This document shows positions 1 to 13,625 of a DNA stretch of 64,000 bases, piece by piece. This DNA is from Octopus vulgaris (lineage: Eukaryota): positions 48,856,001 to 48,920,000 of the forward strand of contig OX597826.1 in assembly GCA_951406725.2 (NCBI GenBank), given 5' to 3'. The position numbers were made by a program, and so were the translations under genes. Each line of letters begins with the position of its first letter. Position 1 is the first letter of the stretch. The notes under the pieces are model-generated. The model saw only the letters and a program-made list of their open reading frames with translations. It did no database searches and was not told the DNA's origin.

Positions 1-741
1 ATTGTTATTTAGCCCCGGGTCAACGTCCTATGATCAAAGTGATGGTGATGTTGATTATGGTGAATGTGGCAGTGGAGTGGGAGAACAAGAAGATTGGAGG
101 AGGAGACACATGGAAAGAAAGTGAGGAGGAGAAAGGGAGGGAGAGGGAAGGAGAGAGGAAAAGAGAGTCAGTTGGAGAGTAAGTTGGAGAATAAGGGTCT
201 TAGCTAAAAAAAAGGAGAGACAGACAGATGGTGAGGGAGGAAGTGGGGGAGAGAGAGGGATTTAGGGAAGTGTATGTATATGACAAAGAGATAGGAAATA
301 AAGAAAGAGACAAGCAAACAATGACTGAGAGAAAAGAAACAATAAGAGAAAGAAAAAAAGAAAGAAAGAAGAGTGTTGACTCGGTGGGGGGAGTGTGATT
401 GTTCTAATGGTAGCAGGAGAAGAGAGGTAGGGGGTGGAGAAGGGGGTGATATGTATTATGGGTAGGGACAGCATTGTGTGGGGGGGTTGGGGGAGGGGGA
501 CGAGCGGCAGAGGGGGGGAAGTCTTTGAAAATGCTGAAGACTTGTTGACATGGATTCATCTTTTTGCATTCTTTACAATGGTGACACACAATTCAGCATC
601 CGACCATCCATCTCTTCTGCATTCCTGCACCCCATTCATCATTCGCCACCCCCTCCAACCATCTTCCTTCTCCTCCTCCTCCTCCTCCTCCTATAACAAC
701 AACTGCTACTACTGTTAATAACGATGATAATGAAGACGGTA

Positions 742-743
742 AC

Positions 744-839
<96 letters not shown>

Positions 840-922
840 GGTAGTGGTGGTGGTGGTGGTGGTGGTGGCGGTGATGATGATGATGGTGATGATGATGGTG
901 ATGATGATGGTGATGATAATGG
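742..922. repeat. (GAT)n/(GGT)n compound microsatellite
   Basis: Direct inspection; source of the poly-M/H/I ORFs. Confidence 0.95.
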
Positions 923-1021
923 TACACACGTCTTCCCTTCTCACATCATCACTCGCAAAAACACTCATGCACAATCACAAACTGTACATACATATATAAA
1001 CACATCAGTATGTATATAATG

Positions 1022-1073
<52 letters not shown>

Positions 1074-1828
1074 TACACACACACACACATGTATAAAGAC
1101 ATATAAATATACATATATATATATGCATATTTATATATCCATGTATAAATGTGTGTGTGTGTGTGTGTTATCATAATTATGCATATATTGTCATACAAAC
1201 TGTACATTCATGTAGGGCTTGGCTTGCAATCCCTTACCACAGGTTTCATAAAGTCCCTTATGTTGGCATGGTGACAGTATACATCAGTGAAGCAGCTTCT
1301 ACAATCACCATGGTAACAGATGAAACTTTTCGAAAGAGATAATTGAATGTTATACCTAAGAGTGTGAAGCAAACAGATCCCAAGACCAAGTATTTGGTAA
1401 TATGGCGGAAGTGCAAAGAGAAAATGAAGATTATTAAAACAAATGAATTCACTGTTAAAATGTATGAGCCAGTATAAATGAATGCACTTCTATGTGGTTG
1501 TCTGACTTGCTAGAAATAGGAGTGAAACATCATGCATTGGACAATGTAGTTGTTGGCCAGAAGAAAATTACAAGGCTGGAACATTTTTTATCATAAGTCT
1601 CACAAACAGAGCTGACCTGGGGTTAAACAACAACAGCTAAGATGTTAATTTGATTAAGATTGATTTTGTACAAGGGCAAGTGTGAAGGTATCCAAAATTT
1701 CTTTGGGTTTATCATATCTGTTATTCTTGGAGAGGGTTACCAAAGGTGTCTTTGGTACCTAGGTACTGGAAACCCTTGCAATGACACTGATGCAAGTTCT
1801 CAAATTTGTGTAACAAGAACAGGGAGTT

Positions 1829-1843
1829 ATCATCATCATCATC

Positions 1844-1924
<81 letters not shown>

Positions 1925-2566
1925 GACATTATCGTCATTATTGTTATCATCACCATCATCATCCCCATCATCATCCCCATCATCATCATCATCATCTTCA
2001 TCATTGTTTAACATCCGGTCTCCATGTTGGCATAGGTTGGACGGTTTGACATGGAGCTGGCTAGCTGGGAGCTGTGCAGACTCTGCATAAATACAGTGGT
2101 GTTACCTACATTATCATCATCATCATCATCATCCATCATCCTCGTCATTAATCTAATCATTATCATTGTCGCCATCATCATCATTGTCATCATTAACATC
2201 ATTATCATCTATCATTATCATCATCTCCATCCTCCTTGCATCACCCTCCTCCTCCTCCTCCTCCTCCTCATCATCATCATCATCCTCGTCGTCATCATCA
2301 ATGCTGTCATCATTGTTGTCATCATTGTCATCATCAACATCATTATCAACTATCATTATCATCATCTCCACCATCATCATCATCATCATCATCATTATCG
2401 TCATCATCGTCATTATTATTATCATCATCATCATCATTGACATCCTCATCATCATCGTCATTGTTGTCATCATCATCATCATCATCATCATCAGCATCAT
2501 CATCATCATCATCATTATCGTCATCATCGTCGTCATCGTCGTCGTCATCATCATCATCATCATCAC
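1829..2566. repeat. (CAT)n microsatellite and degenerate CAT-rich tract, including a short RTE-type 3' tail at ~2005-2060
   Basis: Long CAT runs; 'gtttaacatccggtctccatgttggcataggttggacggtttgac' matches the RTE-tail family seen elsewhere in the window. Confidence 0.9.
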
Positions 2567-3003
2567 CTTTAAATGTCCGTCTTCTGTGTTTACATGAACT
2601 GGACCACATGAATGCTAAACATGTAATGCATTCCTAAGATCCATAAATGAAGGCAAATTACAAATGATTTAAGATAATAACTATGAAGGTATTGTACACA
2701 GTGCTCGGATTTACTGCAACTCATCAGAAAAAGGGTCAGAGAGAACAAAAAGTGACAATAAGTTAAGAAAGACAGGACAAAACATAAGACAGAAGAGTGA
2801 ACTGGAAAAGATGATGTCAAGGGGTACAAGTTCCTTAAGACAGGAAGATGATGATGATGATGATGATAATGATGATGATGATGAGAAGGAGGAGGAGGAG
2901 GGTGATGCAAGGAGAATGGAGATGATGATAATGATAGATGATAATGATGTTGATGATGACAATGATGATGATGGCGACAATGATAATGATTAGATTAATG
3001 ATG

Positions 3004-3050
<47 letters not shown>

Positions 3051-3069
3051 AAAAAGGATAAAAGCTATA

Positions 3070-3125
<56 letters not shown>

Positions 3126-3407
3126 AAACACTCTCTCTCTCCCTCCTTCTCTCTCTCTTGTACCTTCAAAACTGAAGATATGGTTTAAAGCACAGGCTGA
3201 AATTTCTTGGTATATCTCTGACCATACATAGGTGTTGCAGTACATGGGTTAAAATCCTACAAGAGTGACATTAAGAAACATTGCACATGATGTTGATCTG
3301 CAACTAGTTGCCATTTCTGCATCGCTGTAAGGGTGATTGATCAAAGCAGAGCTAATGGAAGAGGACATAGACATAGCATCAGGGTATCAGGGAGTTTAAA
3401 GTGGATT

Positions 3408-4571
3408 TATGAGGTGGAAGAAAAAGGTTACTGGACTAGTTAGGTTTAATAAAAAAATAACCTTTTTTCCTAAGTTTTAATATCATCTCCTTCGAAATAG
3501 TTACCTTGCACACCAACACACAGGTCTCAGTGTTCCTACCACTTTTGGAGGCTGACCTGCAAGTCGTTTTCTGTAAGGGGGTCAAGGACCTTCTGCAATT
3601 TGCACTTGATCTCAACAATAGTGTTAAAACAGCAATTCTGAGCTACATTTTCATCTTATTTCTTTATTGCCCTCAAGGGGGTAAACATAGAGGGGACAGA
3701 CAAAGGGATTAAGTCGATTAAATCGAAACCAGTGCATAACTGGTACTTAATTTATCGACCCCTAAAGGATGAAAGGCAAAGTTGACCTCGGTGTAATTTG
3801 AACTCAGAATGTAATGGCAGATGAAATACCACTAAGCATTTCCCCCGGTGTGATAATGTTTCTGCCAGCTTGCCACCAGCTCACTGCATTTTCCTCTTGG
3901 GGAAGAGATGGAAGTCTACAGATGCTAAATCTGGCAAACAGGGTGGGTGCGAGAGCAATATCATGTTGTTTTTGGTGAGAAACTCAGGAATGATGAGAGC
4001 TCAGTGACAAGATGCATTGTCATCATGAAATATCCAATACTTGATGCTCCACTAATCCAGTCACTTTTGCCGAATGTTCTCTTCAGACACTTCAAAACAT
4101 CACAGCAGAACTCTTGATTGATGGTCTGGCCCTGGGGGATGAATTCTTGATGCACGATACCACATTTACGAGGGTGACACTCATGGCAAGTCTTCCAGAT
4201 CATTGTTCCACTCGGGGCAAATTTTCCAGGGATGTTCTCCCACTTTTGAAGTGCCTGTATCACTCAAAACATTTTGAACGACCCATTGGTTCATCACCAT
4301 AAGCTTGCTGAAGCATGCTCAATGTCTCTGTAGTTTAATGCAAAATTTCATGTTGGCTGTTCGTTCCTGTCCATTACAAAACAGCAAACTACAGCATACA
4401 TGTGATCACAAAAACACAAATTTCACAGCTTACAAAGTAAACACAGCAATGTCACTCAGCACACTGCCTCATGAAGGTCCCAGTTAGCTCTCACTATGCA
4501 TGCAAACATGTGCTGCCATCTGTTGGCATGCTACAGGAACTAGTCCGAGAACTTTTTGATACCACCTCATA
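3408..4571 (-). mobile_element. Mariner (DD34D) DNA transposon, internally deleted and decayed
   Basis: TA-flanked TIRs (tatgaggtgg..ggactagtt at 3408-3441; reverse complement at 4538-4571). Transposase GIVHQEFIPQGQTINQEF, HDDNASCH...HPPCLPDLASVD with 34 aa D-D spacing, C-terminus QGNYFEGD. Confidence 0.92.
3657..3877 (-). mobile_element. tRNA-derived Meta/MESC-domain SINE inserted in the mariner
   Basis: A box/B box (gagttcaaat) and gcctttcatcctttaggggtcgataaattaagtaccag domain; imperfect TSD cattttc(a/c)tctt on both sides. Confidence 0.85.
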
Positions 4572-5754
4572 CTTGTTCTAAAAGCCACTGTTGAAGGCCA
4601 TACAACCATACCAGAACTATACCTTGAAGAGGATGCTGAGACAAAGAGTATGAAGTTAATGATACAGGGTAGAATGCTTAGTTGCTGCATTTGTTGAAGT
4701 AAAATTTACTTTAAATCTGAATACCCAGAAGAACTTAGAATATAGGTAAAAAAATACATCAGTGAAATAGTAAGTAATGGCAACAATCAACAGAGCTACA
4801 GCAAAAGGTGCAGTAAACTGTATTTTCCAGAACAGCACCAACCAAAATTCTGGGACAGAAAAGGAAATATCTTTAAGCCGAGTATCAAAAATAGATGGGC
4901 AAATAGTTTGTCCCTTGACAGTACAAGCCTGTAGCTCCATGCTTTCATTGTGATGAGAAAGAAGTAATTACAGATGAAAATTCCCAAATGTTCAGTGAAC
5001 ATACAAAGAGAATAAAAAGAGGAAAAAGTCACTGAACATAAAGACACAACATGAAACAATTAATACAGGTGAGAAAGAATTTGTTGCAAATGACAACGAA
5101 ATTCCTCCTCGAGAAAATAACAAAAGAAATGAAGAGACTGAAAACGAACTTCAAACATCAAACAAATGGTTAATAACAAAAACTATGCATCCCTGGTGCT
5201 AATTCCTTTGCAAATAAGTTAATATAAACAACACGCCAATGACAGAGTACTTGTAAAGTTAAAAACTAGGATGTTACATTGAGCTTAACAGAGATTACCC
5301 TCAAGATGTTAGTGACACCAAACGTCTAAAAATAATGCTGAGTGGTGCATTTGATTGCACTCAGTGTGAGAAATGTTTCAGTGAACAGGGTCATGGAGTG
5401 CACTTATTCTACGTAGCCAGTAAATCTCTCAATCTTTTTTTTGCCTTTCATTATTTTTTGTGTAAAATATTGTTTTATTGTATTTTTAATCTATTTCTGT
5501 GCAAGTATGAGCATGCATGTATGTATGTAAATGTTTGAGTGTCTGGAGAGAGAGAGAGAGAAATTTATATAGATAGATAGATAGATAGATAGATAGAAAA
5601 GAGAGTAATATCTTTAAAATTCTTAATATATTCTCCCTGTTTTTTTAAACAGTTCCTCATACTCTATATCTTTTATTATGTAACCCCTAGTGAAGGTTTT
5701 GTATTTTTCCTATTTCTTCAAACCTTTGTAGTTAAAAAAGAAATGACTGTTATT

Positions 5755-6290
5755 TGACATGCTGTCAGAAACATTAGGACAGCAGTAAAGATATTTTGCA
5801 GTATTAATTTCAGCACTTTACATTCCTAGTTCAAATTGTGCCACCGTCAGCTTTGCCTTTCATCCCTCAGTTCACAATAAAATACAGTACCAGTAAAATA
5901 CTAGGTTATTGATTAATCCCCTCCCCTCCCCTCGAAACTACTGGCTGAAGATCGGCAATTTTGAGGACGAGGGAATTAGCAAAATTATAAATGTGTCAGA
6001 AAAAATGCTTTGTGACATTTGTTCTGACTCTTTACATACTGAGTTCAAATCCTGCTGAGTCCAACTTTGCCATTTATCATTTTGGGGTAGATGAAATAAA
6101 GCACCAGTGAAGTACTAAAATTAGTACTTGACTCGTACTTTATTTCATCAACCCCAAAACTTTCAGGCTTCTGTTGCTTAGTGTGCTAGAAAAATGCTTT
6201 GCTATATTTTTTCCATTCCTTTGTTATGAGTTCAAATTCCATTGAGCTCAACCTTATCTTTTATCCTCTTGGGTTCACTACATTAAAGAC
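5755..6290 (+). mobile_element. Three tandem degraded Meta-type SINE copies
   Basis: Repeated agttcaaat...tttgcc(t/a)ttt..catc..aaataaagtaccag units. Confidence 0.7.
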
Positions 6291-6337
6291 ACAAGAATCA
6301 GTGGTATTGGTTAACTAGACCCTAAAAATTGTTGGTA

Positions 6338-6558
6338 AGACTGGCTGTGTGGTAAGAAGCTTGCTTCCCAACCACATGGTTCCAGGTTCAGTCCCGCTGT
6401 GTGGTACCTTGGGCAAGTGTCTTCTACTATAGCCTCAGGCCAACCAAAGCCTTGTGATTGGATTTTGGTAGACAGAAACTGAAAGAAGCTCATTATATAT
6501 ATGTGTGTGCGTGTGTGTGTGTGTGTGTGTGTATGTGTGTGTGTCTGTGTTTGTCCCT
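6338..6558 (+). mobile_element. CORE-like tRNA SINE (5' part), fused to a Dong RT fragment
   Basis: tggctgtgtggtaag A box, ggttcagtccc B box, accttgggcaagtg CORE-like motif. Confidence 0.85.
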
Positions 6559-7132
6559 AACATGTACTATCTGTAGCAATGTTTCCAGTTGTTTATCATT
6601 TGTAGCATACAGTTTTAGATCATCAATATACAAGAGATGGCTGATTGTTTTGCCGCAACAGTTGTATCCACATCCAGTTCTGTTTAGCATGTCAGATAAA
6701 GGTGTCAGTACTAAGCAGAAAAAGAGTGGAGAGAGCGTGTCTCCCTGGAACATTCCTCTTAGAATGGGGGAGGGCTTTGGTTTTTATGAGTCCCTCTTTT
6801 GTCTGGAGCTGTAGCACTGTCTGCCATTTGTTCATGGAATGTTTTATATATTTTATGATTATTGTTGCATGATAATGATTATTGTTCATGGCTAGTGTTT
6901 CTAGGATCCATGTGTGGGGAAGGCTATCGAAGGCCTTTCAGTAATTGATCCATGCCTTATTTAGACCCTTCTTCTTTCTGCAGCTGTCTTCAGTTATAGC
7001 TTTATTGATCAGTAGCTGATCTTCACAGCCATATGAGCCCTTGCAGCATCCCTTCTGCTCTTCTGGAAACTGGTTGTTTTCTTCCAGTTGTTTGCTCATT
7101 CTCTGCAACATTATAGCAGAAAAGGCTTAGTA
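6559..7132 (-). mobile_element. R4/Dong-clade non-LTR retrotransposon, RT fragment
   Basis: DQLLINKAI, KAFDSLPHTWI, FQGDTLSPLFFCL, ISHLLYIDDLKLYA motifs; frameshifted. Confidence 0.9.
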
Positions 7133-7143
7133 AATTATTATTA

Positions 7144-7199
<56 letters not shown>

Positions 7200-7255
7200 A
7201 TTATTATTGTTATTATTATTGTAGTTGTTGTTGTTATTCTTATTATCATTATAAA

Positions 7256-7446
7256 GGCAGTGAGCTGGCAGAATTGTTAGCAAAATGCTTAGCAGTATTC
7301 TGCCTGTCGCGATATTCTGAGTTCAAATTCCATGCCTTTAATCCTTTCAGGGTCAATATATTAAGTACCAGTGAAACACTGAGGTTGATGTAATCGGTTA
7401 TCCCTCTCACCCCATATTTCCGGCCTTGTGCTTTTACTAGAAAGGA
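7256..7446 (+). mobile_element. Meta-type SINE flanked by (TTA)n
   Basis: ggcagtgagctggcagaa...gaaaggattatt. Confidence 0.85.
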
Positions 7447-7490
7447 TTATTATAATTATGAATATTATTATTATGATTATTATTATTATT

Positions 7491-8330
7491 CAGTAGTTTT
7501 ATTTTTATAGCGTGCTTTCACTTCACTACCGAGTGCAGCTCTGTGTGCCTTGGGTATGTGCTGTGATTTGTTGTGATACTCTGATGGTTATTGTATGGAA
7601 AGTGTTCTGCGTAGGATGTGTGCAGTGCCTAGTAGTGCAATTTTCTGTATGTTATATGTGTTTGTAAGTCCTGGTGTTTTTGTTATGTATTTGTCTGAAT
7701 ATTTTTTTATCATGCCTAATGCACCTACTATGATAGGAATTGTTTCTGTTTTCAGATTCCACATTCTAGTTACCTCTATTTCCAGGTCTTTGTATTTTGA
7801 GAGTTTCTCCATTTCTTTTAGAGACACGTTGTCATCTGCCGGTATTGATACATCAATTAGAAAGCATTTTTTTTCTTCATGATCTCTGACAACTATATCT
7901 GATCTGTTGGCCTTAATTTCTCTATCTGTGTGTATCGGCATATCCCAGAGTATGGTTGCTTTCTCGTTTTCTGTGACCTTTTCTGGTGTGTGCCTATACC
8001 ATCTTTTTTCTGTTGTTATTCCATAATGTTGGCATAGCTTCCAATGTATGTAGGTTCCAACTCTGTCATGTCTGTGAATATATTCCTTCTTAGCCAGGAC
8101 TGGGCAGCTAGAGATAATATGATTTATTGTTTCTTGTCCATCTCCACATATTCTGCAGTTACTTGTAATATTTCTTTTCATTACATGTTTTTGGTAATTT
8201 CTGGTGGGGAGGCTTTGGTCTTGTGCTGCAATTAAAAATCCCTCTGTTTCTGCTTTGAGTCCTGAGCTTCTCAACCATTGCTGGGATTTTTCTTTGTCTA
8301 TTTCTTTTGCATTTAGTCCAGTATTTACCA
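7491..8330 (-). mobile_element. R4/Dong LINE 3' end: CCHC + restriction-like endonuclease + 3'UTR, 5'-truncated
   Basis: ORF 7588-8330 with CRIC..ETINHIISSC, HRHDRV, ANRSDIV..LIDVSIP..EKLSKYKDL; ends in (AAT)n. Confidence 0.95.
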
Positions 8331-8332
8331 TG

Positions 8333-8370
<38 letters not shown>

Positions 8371-8750
8371 GTTTTTTCCTTCTTTCTTAAAATTTTCTTC
8401 CGTTTCTCGCCAAGTGTTTTCCATACACCTAGGGCAGAGAAGGGCATTGTATGCATTCCCAGATTTCACGTGCAAATTCACAGATAAAATATGTATTTAA
8501 AAATTAATAAATAAATAAATTCATGGATGGATGTTATTTTCACAGCGATAGTGCTCTTCTCAGTACATGAGCCGTTCCAGTTAATACGATTTTTTTGCAC
8601 TTCCTGTAGGGATGGTAACCCTGGAATCATTTTCAAATAGGTTTCAGTACATTTTTTTATCATTCCTAGAGATCCTACAATCACTGGTACTGTAGTCGTC
8701 TTGAGATGCCACATTTTTTCAATTTCCATTAGCAGGTCTTTATATTTACT
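8371..8750 (-). mobile_element. Second Dong family 3' end (RLE tail + distinct 3'UTR)
   Basis: KYKDLLMEIEKMWHLKTTTVPVIVGSLG; flanked by (TTA)n on both sides. Confidence 0.9.
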
Positions 8751-8767
8751 TATTATTATTATTATTA

Positions 8768-8864
<97 letters not shown>

Positions 8865-8865
8865 C

Positions 8866-9262
8866 ATAGACATCGCATAGTATACAATATCGTGAGGTTG
8901 TTGATTGAAGATATTGTGTCTCCTGGGGGTTTGTACTGTTTGTCAAGTCACAACAAGGACCTAAGACAGACAGTACTTTATGCAATATGTGTGCAGTTCC
9001 AAGTAATGCCAACTTTTGCAATACATCTAGATTGTAGGGTATCTCTAAGGTTTTCAGATGTTTTTTTCAGACTGGGTGGTATTGAACCCAACACTCCGAT
9101 GACAATAGGGATAACCTTTATGCTCGACTCATGTAGCTGCCACATATTAGCGATCTCAATTCTCAGGTCTCCATATTTATCAACTTTTTCTCTTGCCTTC
9201 ACGATGATACATTGATCTCCTAGCACTGCTCCATTGATTATTAGGCACTCTTTTTTTTATGA
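8866..9262 (-). mobile_element. Third Dong family 3' end
   Basis: EKVDKYGDLRIEIANMW..VIPIVIGVLGSIP, QKLALLGTAHILHKVL. Confidence 0.88.
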
Positions 9263-10025
<763 letters not shown>

Positions 10026-10400
10026 GGTTGTTGCTGTTGTTTTTATTATTAATAGTATTAGTTCTTCATTATCTTCTCATCCTGTCCTTTTTCGTCTCCT
10101 TCTTACAAATTATGCCTAGCGTTTCCTTCTTCCCCTCTTTCTCCTACACTAGTTCTGTCTTCAACCCACATTATAACCATTACAATCACCACTCCCCCAC
10201 CAGAACCACAACCTCCACCACCATTCACATAATCACCACATATATTTCCCCACCACCACCACCACCATTTCTTCTCCTACTCTAGTGGTAGTGATTGTAG
10301 AGGTACCTTTATTTGCAATAGAAATTCTCAATTCTAGAATCAGTTACAGAATCTTCCTATGTCCATCTACTTGCAAATATTCATTCAACCATCTGAGCAT

Positions 10401-10600
10401 CCACCCACCCCCTCAGCCACCCAACTCCTAAGCCACTCAACCCTTCAGCCACCCAACTCCTGAGCCACTCAACTCCTCAACCACCCAACCCCTAAGCCAC
10501 CCAACACCTCAACCACCCAACCCCTAAGCCACCCAACCCCTCAGCCACCCAACCCTTCGGTGACTCAACCCCTAAGCCACCCAACCACTCAGCCACCCAT
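10401..10600. repeat. 16-bp minisatellite (ccacccaacccctcag), ~12 copies
   Basis: Direct inspection of tandem units. Confidence 0.9.
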
Positions 10601-11369
10601 CAAACCACTCTGCTACCCATCCATTTAACTTATGAATGAATGAAAACTTTTATTCTGATGAATGAGGGTCAAGATCTTTCATCCATGACCACCACTATCC
10701 ATTTGTTGCACCTTTATGCTCTGTTTCAGATAAATAGAATCTCTAGGCCCTAAGCTCTCATATCACCTGATTTACCATTGAGGGCTGACTCCCTTAGCCT
10801 TTGCTTCTTTACAGTTACACCCAAGCAGTGAAGGTTTATGTTTGGAGTACCCTTTCCCTAGTCTGTGTATCTTCCAAGGCTGCAAGGCAGGCCAACTGCC
10901 TAGTCAGGTGTAGCTGGGTACCCTGTAGGGCCTTCTCATAAGAGCAAAGCTTTAACAAAGGGTACCTCCCTCCCAAGGGCTTTAATGTCCAGCATGCTGG
11001 ACATTAATGTAACATCTATCCTATCTCACCATCAAAGCATCCAGTAGTTAATTAGCTTAACTAGCCATCCAAACATCCATTCATTTTGCCATTTATGATT
11101 CTATCTAGATATTTATTATCTGGATGGTTAGATGAAGTGGAGGGTATCATCTTAATAATGTTACCATCTACCCAACAAAGAAGGAAGACATCAGAAGACT
11201 AAAATCTTCCTAAACTCTCCCACACCCAATGTTGCCAACCACCTTCCCTGCCACCTCCTCTACCCCCACTCCCCATGACCACCATTATAACCATGACCTT
11301 TACCATCAATACTAACAGTAGTTGCTCGATCTGCAAGGAATAGTAGCCAAATTTCCCCTCAAATTATAC

Positions 11370-11782
11370 TCTCTCTTTTACTCTTTTACTTGTTTCAGTC
11401 ATTTGACTGTGGCCATGTTGGAGCACCACCTTTATTCGAGTAAATCGAGTCTAGGACTTATTCTTTGTAAGCCTAGTACTTATTCTATCAGTCTCTTTTG
11501 CCGAACTGCTAAGTTACGGGGATGTAAACACACCAGCATCGGTTGTCAAGCTATGTCAGGGCGGGGGAGGACAAACAGACACACAAACATATACAAACAC
11601 ATACATATATGCATACATACGATGGGCTTCTTTCAGTTTCCATCTACCAAATCCACTCACAAGGCTTTGGTCTGCCTGAGGCTATAGTAGAAGACACTTG
11701 CCCAAGGTGCCATGCAGTGGGAATGAACCCGGAACCATGTGGTTAGTAAGCAAGCTACTTACCACACAGCCATTCCTACACC
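11370..11782 (-). mobile_element. CORE-like SINE, full length
   Basis: Same family as the copies at 21640, 25800 and 44966; ctctttta tail. Confidence 0.9.
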
Positions 11783-11839
11783 TATATATTATACTATTTT
11801 AAATAATGTGGGGTTATTGAATAATGAAGGTCGTTATAT

Positions 11840-12285
11840 TGGTTTTTAATTTTGGCACGAAGCCTGCAATTTCGGAGGTGGGATCAAATTGATTACATCA
11901 ACACCAGTATGCAACTGGTACTTATTTTGTCAGCCCCATAAGGATGAAAGGCATAGTTAACCTCAGTGGAATTTGAACTCAGAACATAAGGACAGACGAA
12001 ATTCCACAAAATGTTTTACCTGGTGTGCTAACTATTCAGCCAGCTTGCTGCCTTGTGAGTTCTTAATATTGGTTTCACATTTTGGCACAAGGCCAGCAGT
12101 TTCATGGGAGGAGATAAATTGATTACATCAACCCTTGTATTTGACTGGTATTTAATTTATTGACCCTGAAAGGATGAAAGGCAAAGTCAACCTCCATGGA
12201 ATTTGAACTCAGAGAATAAAGACAGATGAAATGCTGCCAAGCATTTTACCCAGCATAGTAACAATTCTACCAATTCACTGCCTCA
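11840..12285 (-). mobile_element. Two tandem Meta-type SINEs
   Basis: aaggatgaaaggc..atttgaactcaga occurs twice. Confidence 0.85.
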
Positions 12286-12296
12286 TCTTAATCTAT

Positions 12297-12657
12297 AACA
12301 AGAGCGCTCAGAGAGCACAAACCTCCACCAAGGCAACACCAACGTCCTCTTGACGATTAGCCAGAGATGATTTTTTTAAATGAGAATATCTGAAATGAAC
12401 TCGACTGCTCTTACAAATGAGAATACTAAAAATGAACCCAACTGCTAGCAAAAATTAAGTAAAAAAAAAACAGGAAAAATAATTCAGAGTCCTGGATCAA
12501 TCTCAAAATTTAATCAGTTTGTGCCAATCACAAGGGTAAACATCCCTGAAAGTTTCATCTGAATCCATCCAGCAATTCTTGAGATATCTTGTCCATGGAT
12601 AAACAAACAAACAAACACAACTGAAAACAATACCTCTGCCTTTGCTAAGGCGGAGAT
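12297..12657 (+). mobile_element. Helentron-associated non-autonomous element (HINE/DINE-1-like)
   Basis: aacaagagc(g)ctcagagagc start, acctccaccaagg subterminal repeat, aaagtttcat..aatcc core, (caaa)n, 3' hairpin acctctgcc-tttgctaa-ggcggag. Confidence 0.75.
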
Positions 12658-12749
12658 CTGTCCATCTGGGACCCCTATATATCTGTCTACATTTGCTCAA
12701 TCCTGGGATTGAAAATCTGTCCTTCATTTGGTTCTTGACCATCCGCGTT

Positions 12750-13100
12750 TTTTAGTCGAGCAAATCGACCCCAGGACTTATTCTTTGTAAGCCTAGTACT
12801 TATTCTATCAGTCTCTTTTGCCGAACCGCTAAGTTACGGGGATGTAAACACACCAGCATCGGTTGTCAAGCGATGTTGGGGGGACAAACGCAGATACACA
12901 AATACACACACACACATATATATATATACATATATACGACGGGCTTCTTTCAGTTTCCGTCTACCAAATCCACTCAAAAGGCTTTGGTCGGCCCGAGGCT
13001 ATAGTAGAAGACACTTGCCCAAGGTGCCATGCAGTGGGACTGAACACCGAACCATGTGGTTGGTAAGCAAGCTACTTACCACACAGCCACTCCTGTGCCT
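12750..13100 (-). mobile_element. CORE-like SINE, 3'-truncated
   Basis: Matches the other copies of this family. Confidence 0.9.
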
Positions 13101-13495
13101 ATAACAGGCAAAATCCCTCATGTCACAGCTTACTTTTTTACAAAAACATGTCCATGACACATTGGATGTTGTAGTCTTAGCGACACCCTTGTAAAACATG
13201 AATGACCATGGTTGCAATGTCTTTGGTCAATGTCTGTTTGACCAGGGTTAACCTTGGATTGAATACCACCAGTATTTTGTGACCACCATCACCACCACCA
13301 CCGATACCAGCTGATTGAAAACGACAGCTAAAACTGCCACAAAAGTGTGCCCAAACTAAAAATCACCTTCCATAGCCTTCTTCTGCCACCACAACCTACA
13401 CCATCACCAACACCACCAACACCACCAACACCAACACCAACAACAACACCACCATCGCCAACAATGCTGTGCATTGCACGTACAAAGCCGTATGC

Positions 13496-13625
13496 AAGAA
13501 GAAGAAGAAAACGAAGAAGAAGAAGAAGAAGAAGAAGAAGAAGAAGAAGAAGAAGAAGAAGAAGAAGAAGAAGGTGATGATGATGATGATGATGATGATG
13601 ATGCTGATGATGAAGAAGACGATGA
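13496..13625. repeat. (GAA)n then (GAT)n microsatellite
   Basis: Direct inspection. Confidence 0.95.

Larger units (their letters stand above)
3160..5210 (+). pseudogene. Decayed gag-like LINE ORF1 (L1/Tx1-like, RRM + CCHC knuckle), split by a mariner
   Basis: QYMG*NPTRVTLRNIAHDV upstream of the mariner; VDLLVLKAT..IPEL..MKLMIQGRMLSCCIC*SKIYFKSEYP across and downstream of it, a decayed CX2CX4HX4C at 4683-4727. Confidence 0.55.

Noticed and set aside
7588-8481. 297-aa ORF as an intact gene
   Set aside because: It is a chimera of another element's 3'UTR, an (ATA)n tract and a 5'-truncated Dong RLE domain.
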